Below are positions 1 through 8,202 of a DNA stretch of 25,474 nt, piece by piece; position 1 is the first letter of the stretch; every line of letters starts with the position of its first letter. A program made the position numbers and the translations under genes. The notes under the pieces are model-generated. The model did no database searches and was not told the origin of the DNA. It was given only the letters and a program-made list of their open reading frames with translations. Source of the stretch: a virus (taxonomy: Duplodnaviria > Caudoviricetes); the IMG/VR virus record IMGVR_UViG_3300008255_001971, positions 1 through 25,474 of that record, one strand, 5' to 3'.

Positions 1-2
1 CA

Positions 3-203
3 TATCTATCAATCTTCGTCGGAGTGCTCATTTTGGTCGCGCTCCTGGTGGTCGGCATTCTCGCAACTGTCCGCATCGTGTGGCCCGCTCTTATCGGCTG
101 CATCATCCACTGGTGGCAGACTCTCGAATGGAAGCCCCGCGAGGCCCTCAAGTCGCAACTGTTCACCATCGCGAACAAGCTCGGGCCAACGCCAACCAAG
201 TAA
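3..203 (+). CDS. Membrane protein, 5'-truncated by the window edge
   Basis: Frame is open from position 3 to TAA at 201-203: YLSIFVGVLILVALLVVGILATVRIVWPALIGCIIHWWQTLEWKPREALKSQLFTIANKLGPTPTK. It has a long hydrophobic stretch and its stop abuts the ATG at 204. Not in the supplied ORF track. Confidence 0.65.
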   Translation, partial: YLSIFVGVLILVALLVVGILATVRIVWPALIGCIIHWWQTLEWKPREALKSQLFTIANKLGPTPTK

Positions 204-719
204 ATGAATCGCACGCTCTACATTTCCATTCTCGGGGGACTTTCCGTATTGCTTTTTATCACCGGGTTCGCTCTGCGCTTCCAAAAGCAGATGGAGGATG
301 GTTTGCCGGAGCGCGTGAAGTGCTCAAGTTACGATGATGCGAAAGACCGCGCAACCAAAGACGCGGGTAAGGATGAACTCGGAAACCAACGCGGGATTTA
401 TGCCGTAGTTGGGACTGGCTCAATGGTCCCATACCTGCCAGCCGCGCCGGAAGGCAAAGACCCGATGGCGACAAGGGTTGCGTTTGCGATTACATTGCCC
501 GGCTCCAAGATTGAGGACGTTAAGGCGGGTGATTTGTGCATTTATACCGCGTCGTGGGTCATTGGCGATTTCTACGTGATTCACCAGGCGGCAATGAAAG
601 ACGTGCACGGATGGATAATGAGCGGCCTGCATAACAAGCTCTCCGAATCGGGAACCCGCGTCACGGCGGACAATTTCAAGGGCATCGTCGCCAAAACCTA
701 CGTGTGGGATCTCCAATGA
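204..719 (+). CDS. Membrane-anchored S26-like signal peptidase (Ser-His, SipW/Sec11 type)
   Basis: N-terminal TM (LYISILGGLSVLLFITGFAL). Motifs GTGSMVPYL (catalytic Ser box), AGDLCIY (GD box), YVIHQ (His at the general-base position) and IMSGLHN (resembles TKGDNN) occur in the expected order. Confidence 0.65.
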   Translation: MNRTLYISILGGLSVLLFITGFALRFQKQMEDGLPERVKCSSYDDAKDRATKDAGKDELGNQRGIYAVVGTGSMVPYLPAAPEGKDPMATRVAFAITLPGSKIEDVKAGDLCIYTASWVIGDFYVIHQAAMKDVHGWIMSGLHNKLSESGTRVTADNFKGIVAKTYVWDLQ

Positions 720-1789
720 TACGATTATCAATCATTCTGGCGTTACTTCTTTCCGGTTGTGCAACTGCCCCGGAGCCCATTCCGCATGTCGTGGTCGCAC
801 CTTTGGGCGCGGCCACAACGGAGGAAATTGCGGCCAAAAACGCTTGGATTACCAACCTCGAAACACGTCTGCAAAAAAAGGAGGAACTGGCGCAACTGGC
901 TTCGGGTGCCGTTTTCGGTGCGCTTGACGCCAACGAATTGAATCCGGAGGGACGGCCAAAGGATGCGGTCAAGGTCCAGGCGGAGGAAGCTGCCCACGCT
1001 CTACCGTCGCCAACGGATGCCCAGAAGCTCGAAAAGCAGGCGCAAAACACTCGAATCATGGCCGGGGAGCTTGTGGAGGTCCGCGCCGAAATGGGCCAGC
1101 AGGCTACCGAGATTGATTCGCTCAAAGGCAAGTTGACCGAAGCCGACAAAGCCAAGGCGGTTCTGGAGGAACGGATGAGCAATGCTGAAAAGCTCGCAAA
1201 AACCGAACGCGATGAAGCTGCGGCCAAACTGCAACGGGTCATGGATTCCATGTCCAAGCGTGTCAGTGATGCGGAGGACGCGGTGAAGAACCAAGTGCGG
1301 ATTGAGCAGGTGGCGACCCTTAACGAGTGGGCGACATACTGCGCGGGTGCTGCCATTCTGTCTTTCGGGTTGGCTTGGCTTTTTGGGAACATCGCCGGGG
1401 TCCGCAAGGTTGCGCCATTTTCCGCCTTTTTTTTGCTTGGTGCACTGACTTGCTTCGGGCTCGCTCAAATCGTGGGCCTATGGTGGTTCAAATGGGCCGT
1501 TTTGGGCTCCGTGGCTATCGTCCTTGCTCTGTGTGCCTGGTGGGTATTTAGGCAGCATGAGGCCGGCACGCTCAAGGCGGCGGCGGAGGCGAAGGCGGCA
1601 AAACTCAAGGACGCGCTTAACATCCTAGTCCCGGTCATCGACAAGGCTTACAACGATGCCGAGCAGAAGGTTAAGGACGTGATGGACGCTACTATTTTCA
1701 AACCGCTCAATGACCTGATGGACGGGAAGGACAAAGCAACCATCCTCGAAATTAAGGCAGAACTCGAAACACCCAAAAAAGCAGCATGA
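716..1789 (+). CDS. Lipoprotein with long coiled coil and three C-proximal TM helices; candidate spanin or lysis protein
   Basis: Start moved to ATG 716, which forms an ATGA overlap with the upstream stop. MIRLSIILALLLSG/C is a lipobox. An Ala/Glu/Lys-rich helical region is followed by three hydrophobic segments (WATYCAGAAILSFGLAWLFG; VAPFSAFFLLGALTCFGLAQIVG; WWFKWAVLGSVAIVLALCAWWVF). Confidence 0.75.
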   Translation: MIRLSIILALLLSGCATAPEPIPHVVVAPLGAATTEEIAAKNAWITNLETRLQKKEELAQLASGAVFGALDANELNPEGRPKDAVKVQAEEAAHALPSPTDAQKLEKQAQNTRIMAGELVEVRAEMGQQATEIDSLKGKLTEADKAKAVLEERMSNAEKLAKTERDEAAAKLQRVMDSMSKRVSDAEDAVKNQVRIEQVATLNEWATYCAGAAILSFGLAWLFGNIAGVRKVAPFSAFFLLGALTCFGLAQIVGLWWFKWAVLGSVAIVLALCAWWVFRQHEAGTLKAAAEAKAAKLKDALNILVPVIDKAYNDAEQKVKDVMDATIFKPLNDLMDGKDKATILEIKAELETPKKAA

Positions 1790-2253
1790 CCGCATTTCTA
1801 GGACTCCCTTTCAGTGAAATGCTCGCCCTTCTGAGCATCATAACGATACTTTGCGGCGCGGTCTGGACCGTTATGCACCTGATACTCACTTCGCGCTTCG
1901 TGAACAAGAAGGCGTATTACGCGCAGCGAAGGGAAGACTCCGAATTACTAGAGAAGCATCATATGGAATTGCTGGACGGTCAAAATATCAAGCTCGCGGA
2001 GCAAAAGGGATATTTGGATTCTGCGCAGATAGAGCGACAGGCGATCAGGAAGGACTTGGAAGAACTGAAACAGTCGCACCGTTCCGCCTTGGATGGTCCT
2101 TTGGGTCAGCTTGTGACGACAATCAAGAAGATAGAGGAAAACATAGAGAAGGCTCATAACCGGGCACAGTTGAAGGATGAAGAATTTCTCAAGGTGCTGA
2201 ATGGTCTATCAACCCGCGTCTCTATCTTGGAAGACCGGGGCGGGCGAAAGTAA
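1786..2253 (+). CDS. Single-TM coiled-coil protein (holin- or lysis-cassette-like)
   Basis: ATGA overlap with the previous gene. N-terminal TM (MLALLSIITILCGAVWTVMHLIL) is followed by a heptad-rich charged region ending RVSILEDRGGRK. Function is inferred from architecture only. Confidence 0.6.
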   Translation: MTAFLGLPFSEMLALLSIITILCGAVWTVMHLILTSRFVNKKAYYAQRREDSELLEKHHMELLDGQNIKLAEQKGYLDSAQIERQAIRKDLEELKQSHRSALDGPLGQLVTTIKKIEENIEKAHNRAQLKDEEFLKVLNGLSTRVSILEDRGGRK

Positions 2254-2347
2254 CGGATTAAACTTGAGGTAAGGCTGACAACATAGGCCGGAACGTAGGA
2301 AATGAAACCGCACCGGGTATGCGCAAAACGCGCAAACTGGCGGTGCA

Positions 2348-3571
2348 ATGGCACAACCTACAAATACCACCGTAGTCGAGGGCTCTGCCCCGCCTCCGGC
2401 TGCAAACACCCCACAACCGGGGGCAACTCCGGCTGTTTCTGTTCCGTCGAAACCATCCAAACCTGACGTTAAAAGCCTCATGGCTCAGTTGAGTCCGGAT
2501 GAACGAAGACTGGCCGCAACCGGAAAACTTGACCAAATCAAGCCCCCAGCGGCCAGCAAGCCAGCGAGCGCACCCACCACAGCAGAAGCGACTCCTGCCA
2601 CCCCAGCGGCGGCGGCGCCTGCACCCGCAGCGGAAACGCAAGCGACTGAAACGACTCCCGCACCCACGGAAGCCCAACCTGCCGAATCCACTGCCACGGA
2701 GCCTAATCCTGGTGGAGAGGAAGACGGGGGAGAGCAACACAAGGGCAAGCGGTTCCGGTTCAGTTCGGAACAGGACCAAGCGATTGCGGCACTAGCGAAG
2801 TCCAAGGGCGTCAGTCTTTTGGAAGCAGCGAAGCTATACGAAGGGGTTCCAGCGCAGGCTTCACAGTCTGCCCCGGCAACCCCCGAGGCGGGCAACGCGG
2901 CTCCGGAAGCGGATCCCGAGGTAGCGGCCTACGACACTCGCATTACGGAAGCACAGACCGAGATTGAACGTCTCACTGGCGAACGTGACGCGGCTTCGGA
3001 GGATATGGACACGAAGAAGGCTAACAGCCTATCGGACCAAATTGCCGAGTTACGGGCAGATTTGCGGCTTACGAAATACGAGAAGCAGGGACTCCTTGCC
3101 AATCGTGAGGAAGCACGCAAGGCGGCTCGGGCCAGCACCATTAACGAATCGCGGGACCGTGCATTCGTTGAATACCCAATCTTCGCGAAGGCGGACAGCA
3201 TTGAGCGGGAAGCCCTCGATAACTACACAACCAAGGCAATCAACAATCCAGCACGGGCAAGTGAATTCACCAGTCCGGATTGGCCTGAACGGATCGCCAA
3301 GGAGTTTGCCGAGAAACACGGGATCAAGAAGGGCTCGGGTGCAAACCTAGTCACGCCTTCCGCTCCCGCAGCACCGGCACGCTCGATCACGAAACCCGCA
3401 CCGCAGCAAGTAGCTGGGGCATCGGGCTCGAAACTTTTAACCGGCGCAGACGGGAACACCACTCCCTCCGCGACGAGGCAACTGACACCTGAACGGGTGA
3501 AGGAACTCATACGCACCAATCCCGAGGCACGCCGAGAGATTATGCGTCAACTGCACTTAAACAAAAAATAA
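2348..3571 (+). CDS. Putative capsid scaffolding protein
   Basis: Lies immediately upstream of the capsid gene. It has a Pro/Ala/Thr/Glu-rich disordered N-terminus, a central acidic coiled coil and a short basic C-terminal helix. Confidence 0.7.
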   Translation: MAQPTNTTVVEGSAPPPAANTPQPGATPAVSVPSKPSKPDVKSLMAQLSPDERRLAATGKLDQIKPPAASKPASAPTTAEATPATPAAAAPAPAAETQATETTPAPTEAQPAESTATEPNPGGEEDGGEQHKGKRFRFSSEQDQAIAALAKSKGVSLLEAAKLYEGVPAQASQSAPATPEAGNAAPEADPEVAAYDTRITEAQTEIERLTGERDAASEDMDTKKANSLSDQIAELRADLRLTKYEKQGLLANREEARKAARASTINESRDRAFVEYPIFAKADSIEREALDNYTTKAINNPARASEFTSPDWPERIAKEFAEKHGIKKGSGANLVTPSAPAAPARSITKPAPQQVAGASGSKLLTGADGNTTPSATRQLTPERVKELIRTNPEARREIMRQLHLNKK

Positions 3572-3600
3572 TCAGCGGTTTATCCGCTTTCTAAAACATC

Positions 3601-5094
3601 ATGGCTTTCGATCTATCGGAAATCGGCACACTGGCGCAAATCGTCGCCGCCGACTCTAAATTGCAAATGGAAATGTGGTCTGAGGCAGTCCGTGCGGACG
3701 CTTCGGACTTGAATCCTCTCAAGGATTTTACTGGTCCCGAGGGCAGCGGTATGCCCATCGTGGAGAAACGCGATGCCAACGTAACGGGCGGGCAGAAGGT
3801 GTATTTCAGCACCCATGCTCCTGTCCGTGGCCGTGGCGTCATGGGCGCATCTGAACTCAAGAGCAAAACGGCTCGGGTTCGTTACGGCTCCTTCGGTGTG
3901 ACGGTGGACCTTCGCCGGTTCGCTATCTCCGAGGAACAGCTTGTCAGTTACTTCTCGCTTCCCGGCAATGCCGACAAGAACCGCGATGAGTTCCTGTTCA
4001 ATCTGTGCCGTGAATGGTGGACCCGGACTCAATGCGATGACTTCCAGTTCGTGCTGCGCGACAAGGCTCTCTTTGCCACCAACCAACCGAACGTGCTGCG
4101 TATCGGCAATGGGGCGGACAGCAATGCCATTCTTCCATCCGACACGTTTGAAACGGACACCGTTACTGATGCCCGCAACGTGCTTGTTGGCTTGGGTGCC
4201 AGTGCGATGAAGTATAACAACTCGACGGCTGGGCAGAAGATTCCGCAGTTCCTCGTATTCGCTCCGCAGAAGTTCCTGGATCCCTTGGAGGATGAACAGA
4301 AGTTCCGCGAGGCGGTTAATAACAACCAGCAACGCGGCGAGAATGCTTATTGGTGGACGGGCAATCTTCCCCAGTGGAAGAACAACGTAATCTTTGGGCA
4401 TGACCTCGTGTTGGACTCCGGCCCGAATCGTCAGGGCTCCCCGTTGGCTCCTATTGCCCTGCTGGGGGAAGCACTGGCTGACGAGGTTGAAACTGACGTT
4501 ACTGGCGGCGGTGCATGGAATACGGATTCCTCGCTCACTGATACCACGCTGTATGACTTCTTCTCCTACTTCCGTGGATACTACTGGAAGACCTACGAGA
4601 GCGAAACTGCTCCTACGGATACCAACACCTACTACGCCATCATTTACAATGTGAGCGGCGCGGCCAAGGGTAAGTATGAAATCGTCAGTTACGTGACTGC
4701 CGGCAACACCGGCAACACCCTGACGGTTACTCGTGAGGTGAACGGCGACAGCCAGAAGACGCTTCTGACTACGGCCAGTCGCTACAGCAATGCTCACCCC
4801 TCCGGCTCGTGGATTATCCCGTGCAACAAGTGGGGCGTTCCTCTCGGTTACGGCCTTATCATGGGTGCGGAAGCTCTCTTGAAGGGCAAAGGTTCGTTGG
4901 AAGCCGATCCCATTGAGTGGGCTGATGACTTCCAATCCAAGACCTCCGGCAAGGCGCACATCAATGCCCAAGGTATTCAGTCGATCATCGGTTACTCGCC
5001 CTGCGAGGACACTCTTGGCCGGTATCCCAACTACGTTCTCGTAGAGGGTGCACTGGACTACCCTGAACTGGATTTGGTCGATCTTCGCGCCTAA
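3601..5094 (+). CDS. Major capsid protein, N4-gp56/DUF4043-like
   Basis: GGQKVYF..APVRGRGVMGASEL...GSFGVTVDLRRFAI, FLVFAPQKFLDPLEDE and WTGNLPQWKNNVIF match the pattern of this HK97-fold family. It follows the scaffold and is followed by a terminator. Confidence 0.8.
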   Translation: MAFDLSEIGTLAQIVAADSKLQMEMWSEAVRADASDLNPLKDFTGPEGSGMPIVEKRDANVTGGQKVYFSTHAPVRGRGVMGASELKSKTARVRYGSFGVTVDLRRFAISEEQLVSYFSLPGNADKNRDEFLFNLCREWWTRTQCDDFQFVLRDKALFATNQPNVLRIGNGADSNAILPSDTFETDTVTDARNVLVGLGASAMKYNNSTAGQKIPQFLVFAPQKFLDPLEDEQKFREAVNNNQQRGENAYWWTGNLPQWKNNVIFGHDLVLDSGPNRQGSPLAPIALLGEALADEVETDVTGGGAWNTDSSLTDTTLYDFFSYFRGYYWKTYESETAPTDTNTYYAIIYNVSGAAKGKYEIVSYVTAGNTGNTLTVTREVNGDSQKTLLTTASRYSNAHPSGSWIIPCNKWGVPLGYGLIMGAEALLKGKGSLEADPIEWADDFQSKTSGKAHINAQGIQSIIGYSPCEDTLGRYPNYVLVEGALDYPELDLVDLRA

Positions 5095-5120
5095 CGCGGG
5101 GAATTAGCCAATGGTTTACA

Positions 5121-5154
5121 AGCTCCGTGGGGTGCACTCCCCGCGGGGCTTTTC
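5121..5154 (+). terminator. Rho-independent terminator after the capsid gene
   Basis: AGCTCCGTGGGG-tgcact-CCCCGCGGGGCT forms a 12-bp stem with two G-U pairs, followed by TTTC. Confidence 0.7.
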
Positions 5155-5184
5155 ACCTAAGTGCACAATCAAACACACCTACTC

Positions 5185-5643
5185 ATGTTTTTCTTCCTAA
5201 AAATCCTCAACGAGTCCAAGGCCCGAGCATACCTTAAAGCGAACGGCTATTCCGGACTACGCTATCTGTTCAAGTGGGAGGCGAAGTTACGCGCCTACAC
5301 GTATCAGCCAAAAAATCAAAACGAAGTGGACGACCTGTTCCGGACAATGGGGCGGACCTCTTCATACATTTTCGTTCCGGTAAACAATCCGCCTTTGACG
5401 GATACAGTTACCGTGAGCACCGCCGTGGAAACTGCCCCTTTCATTGTGGAGGTTTCGAAGCAACCGCTCGCAGACCAATTGGTAGAGCAATGCTTGCACC
5501 GTGGGGTAATCGTGACCGATGACGATAACGACGAGACGGCCAAACGTCTAATTGCAGCCTACGACAAGGGCGCGACAGACACACTTAGCTCCACTCGGAG
5601 CGCAACCAGGAGCAAACGGCCCAGAAAGCCCAAACCTGAGTAA
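5185..5643 (+). CDS. Hypothetical head-associated protein
   Basis: ORF between the capsid and adaptor genes. ATG 5185 is preferred to GTG 5161 because an A/C-rich leader precedes it. Basic C-terminal tail. Confidence 0.6.
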   Translation: MFFFLKILNESKARAYLKANGYSGLRYLFKWEAKLRAYTYQPKNQNEVDDLFRTMGRTSSYIFVPVNNPPLTDTVTVSTAVETAPFIVEVSKQPLADQLVEQCLHRGVIVTDDDNDETAKRLIAAYDKGATDTLSSTRSATRSKRPRKPKPE

Positions 5644-5648
5644 ACACC

Positions 5649-5721
5649 TTCCGTATCGTATCGCTGGTTCTGATTAGGGGTATTCAGGGCTGGGTAGGGG
5701 TGCGATACGGAACCCTTTTTT
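5649..5721 (+). terminator. Long imperfect hairpin with U-tract (terminator- or attenuator-like)
   Basis: TTCCGTATCGTATC (5649-5662) pairs with GGTGCGATACGGAA (5699-5712). An inner G-U-rich stem is present, and CCCTTTTTT follows. Confidence 0.5.
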
Positions 5722-5724
5722 AAC

Positions 5725-6687
5725 ATGGCAAACAAAACATTCCTCGAACTGCAAACGGCACTTGCCTCGATGTGGGGCTATGAGAGTCCGTCTGATTTGC
5801 TCGATCAGGACTTGCTTGATATTAAGTCCTACATTGAGGCGGCATACTTTGATTGCTATGTGCCAGTTGACGGGACCAAGGCATATTGGCCGGAGAAATA
5901 CCATTCTGCCATTTTCAAGGCTCCGGTAAGTGCTACCCTTGGGCTGACAGCCGATAGCACGGTTGTAACCGGGTATGCCTTTGAAGCGTCCTATGCGGGC
6001 TCGTTCGTAAAGATTGGAGAGAAGTTCTATCGTTACGGGACTCCGACTGCGGGACCTGCATACGCGCTGTTGCAGGCATGGGACGGTGATACTGGTAGCT
6101 ATGCGGCTACGGTCTATCACAATGCCGTTGCGTTGCCGTGGAGCGTGGTTGAAATGGCGAGCGTGCCGAACCTGTTGGGGGTTGGCTTGCTGGCCGCGTT
6201 GCCTGATTCAGACGCGGAGTTGATGCTTCGGACGGAACCGGCATTTGACTTTCACCCACGGGACGGGCGGGAGCCGTTGGCGATGGGGCGAAATACGTTC
6301 AGGCAGTCGGCTTTCTACGACATTGGGGATCCGCGCTACTACCATATCGACCAAGGGGCGGTTGACGTGACCTTTGCCATTGGGAACCGGCTCCACGTTT
6401 ATCCGATACCCCAGCGGGTGTTTACGGTGGAGTTCAAGGCGAACATTGTCCCGGCTGCACTGACTTCGGACAGCGACATTCCGGCAGTTCCAGGCAAGGC
6501 GGTGGACAACATTCTTTTGCCGATTGCCCGCGAGAAGCTGGCGAAGAACACGGCAAACCGGAGATACACAGGCCCGAACGTGCAACTTTTGACTGACGAA
6601 GCGAACCGGGCGCGGGCGCAACTGAAATCAATGCGACGGGTGCAGCGTGACGTTGCCGGGTCAGTGCGACTCAAGCGGGGGTGGTAA
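5725..6687 (+). CDS. Head-tail adaptor/neck protein
   Basis: N-terminal TFLELQTALA helix and GDPRYY...LHVYPIP...F motifs are typical of podovirus-like adaptor proteins. Located after the capsid gene. Confidence 0.65.
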   Translation: MANKTFLELQTALASMWGYESPSDLLDQDLLDIKSYIEAAYFDCYVPVDGTKAYWPEKYHSAIFKAPVSATLGLTADSTVVTGYAFEASYAGSFVKIGEKFYRYGTPTAGPAYALLQAWDGDTGSYAATVYHNAVALPWSVVEMASVPNLLGVGLLAALPDSDAELMLRTEPAFDFHPRDGREPLAMGRNTFRQSAFYDIGDPRYYHIDQGAVDVTFAIGNRLHVYPIPQRVFTVEFKANIVPAALTSDSDIPAVPGKAVDNILLPIAREKLAKNTANRRYTGPNVQLLTDEANRARAQLKSMRRVQRDVAGSVRLKRGW

Positions 6688-6702
6688 GCAGGAGCAATTT
6701 AC

Positions 6703-8202
6703 ATGGCCGTTCGTCAATATCTCACCCAAATCGGAAAGCCCACCGTCGATAAGGAATTCAGCGGGCTAAAAACCGTAACCCGGCGTTTTCAGGTAAACGG
6801 GCTGGGCACGGTAGCGGCATCCATTGATTCTGAGGTTTTTGGAGCCTACGGGGTAGCAGATGACGAATACTCGACGTGCTTGCTGGTCAAGCGGGCGATG
6901 ACAGAGACGACGAACGAGCAGAATGCTTTCGTCCTGATGCTGACGGAGATTTACCAGGGCTTTACGAGTGGGTCCAAAGTGTCGGTAGGTGAGGACCAGC
7001 ATTTCAAGTTGGAGGACGGGAGATATGGGTTTGTGCGTCGATACGTGGCCATTGCGAGTCAGGCGGAGGGGTTGGCGGCGGCAATCGGTGACGTGGTTTC
7101 TTCGCAGGCGTGCAATGACGTGAAGATCAACAAGCACGGATACGGGGCGGAAATCATAGAGACGTATATTTCAGCCGGCCAGTTAAAGACTTCACTCAGC
7201 ACGAAGAATAACGGGAAGCTTCTGATTCAAACACTGGTGCACTTTAACGAGGTTCCAGCCACGCCAACAGACTACATTCTGATTGACGAGGACGTGAGTG
7301 GACCCGAGGGGGTGATGACTTACACCTACACCTTTGCCAAGGGCTCAGGGGAGATTAGTCGGGCAACCAGCTTTTCTAAGAGTGTTGATGAGGGAACTAC
7401 CGGACTGACGTTCATTGTCATCCGTCATCTGACGGCGAGCAGCATTGGCGCCGATCCTACGTCAAACCCCGGCACATTTATCCGCACTGGGGTGGATTAC
7501 TCGGATGCAGACGGTTATCGGGTGTGGACGGTCAATTGGTCAAAGGGCACTGGCGTGATTGATACGGAAGTGCAGGGGCGAAGTGACGGCAGTTTGGCAT
7601 GGTCAACCACTTCTCTAAGTGCGGCTTCGGCAACCCCGGCAGACCCAAGCGGAGCGTCGGCCCACCTCGTTTCCCTGCAAAACACGATTGCGGAAGGTTA
7701 CTACGTGAATCGGGCAACCTACATTGTTCCCCCGGCCTTGATCACCTTTAAGCGCGGCCATACATTCAACATGCCGGGAACTGCAATCTTTTCCTCCGGT
7801 GCTGGGGTTGACGACCTGCTTTTGACTCCGAGTAAGCAGCAACCCCTTTTGTGCGACGTGACGGTTGATTACAATGCAACCCAACTGACCACGGCCCATT
7901 GGAAGCTTCTTTACGGGGTGTTCTACCAGGCGAGTTTTGTCCGCACCGGGCAAACCGTGGGCGAGTCTCAGCAGGAGAATTTGAGCAATACTGTAAGCGC
8001 GGGCGGAACCGCGACAGGGACAGCAGGCGACTTTTACAATGGCGTGGAGTGTGATTCCTACGACGCCTCACTTTCGGCCAGTAGTCCAACATCACAGCCT
8101 TCCGGCCTGACCACGATAGAACCCCCGATCAATGAAATCTACCTGACGACAATCGCAGGCGTTGTTCTCTACCGGCGAACACTTGTCCAATACACGTTCT
8201 AA
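6703..8202 (+). CDS. Virion/tail structural protein with about five degenerate internal repeats
   Basis: Beta-rich, Thr/Ser/Gly-rich sequence with repeated units such as ...GPEGVMTYTYTFAKGSG, ...DADGYRVWTVNWSKGTG and ...IAEGYYVNRATY. Located in the structural operon. Confidence 0.6.
   Translation: MAVRQYLTQIGKPTVDKEFSGLKTVTRRFQVNGLGTVAASIDSEVFGAYGVADDEYSTCLLVKRAMTETTNEQNAFVLMLTEIYQGFTSGSKVSVGEDQHFKLEDGRYGFVRRYVAIASQAEGLAAAIGDVVSSQACNDVKINKHGYGAEIIETYISAGQLKTSLSTKNNGKLLIQTLVHFNEVPATPTDYILIDEDVSGPEGVMTYTYTFAKGSGEISRATSFSKSVDEGTTGLTFIVIRHLTASSIGADPTSNPGTFIRTGVDYSDADGYRVWTVNWSKGTGVIDTEVQGRSDGSLAWSTTSLSAASATPADPSGASAHLVSLQNTIAEGYYVNRATYIVPPALITFKRGHTFNMPGTAIFSSGAGVDDLLLTPSKQQPLLCDVTVDYNATQLTTAHWKLLYGVFYQASFVRTGQTVGESQQENLSNTVSAGGTATGTAGDFYNGVECDSYDASLSASSPTSQPSGLTTIEPPINEIYLTTIAGVVLYRRTLVQYTF

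Noticed and set aside
204-719. LexA/CI-type S24 autopeptidase repressor
   Set aside because: It has an N-terminal TM instead of an HTH and His instead of Lys at the general-base position, which fits S26 better.
676-1407. 243-aa minus-strand ORF
   Set aside because: It is antisense to the lipoprotein gene, and its Ser/Ala-rich composition is what the reverse of a coiled-coil gene produces.
1427-1434. T8 tract as a phase-variation site
   Set aside because: It is short, in frame and encodes Phe-Phe-Leu within a TM helix, so no further explanation is needed.
2303-2345. Hairpin upstream of the scaffold (TGCGC-AAAAC-GCGCA core) as a late promoter or regulator
   Set aside because: The stem is short and imperfect, has no U-tract or recognisable promoter boxes, and no second copy was found.
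3613-4971. 452-aa minus-strand ORF
   Set aside because: It is an antisense shadow of the capsid gene and has no recognisable motifs.
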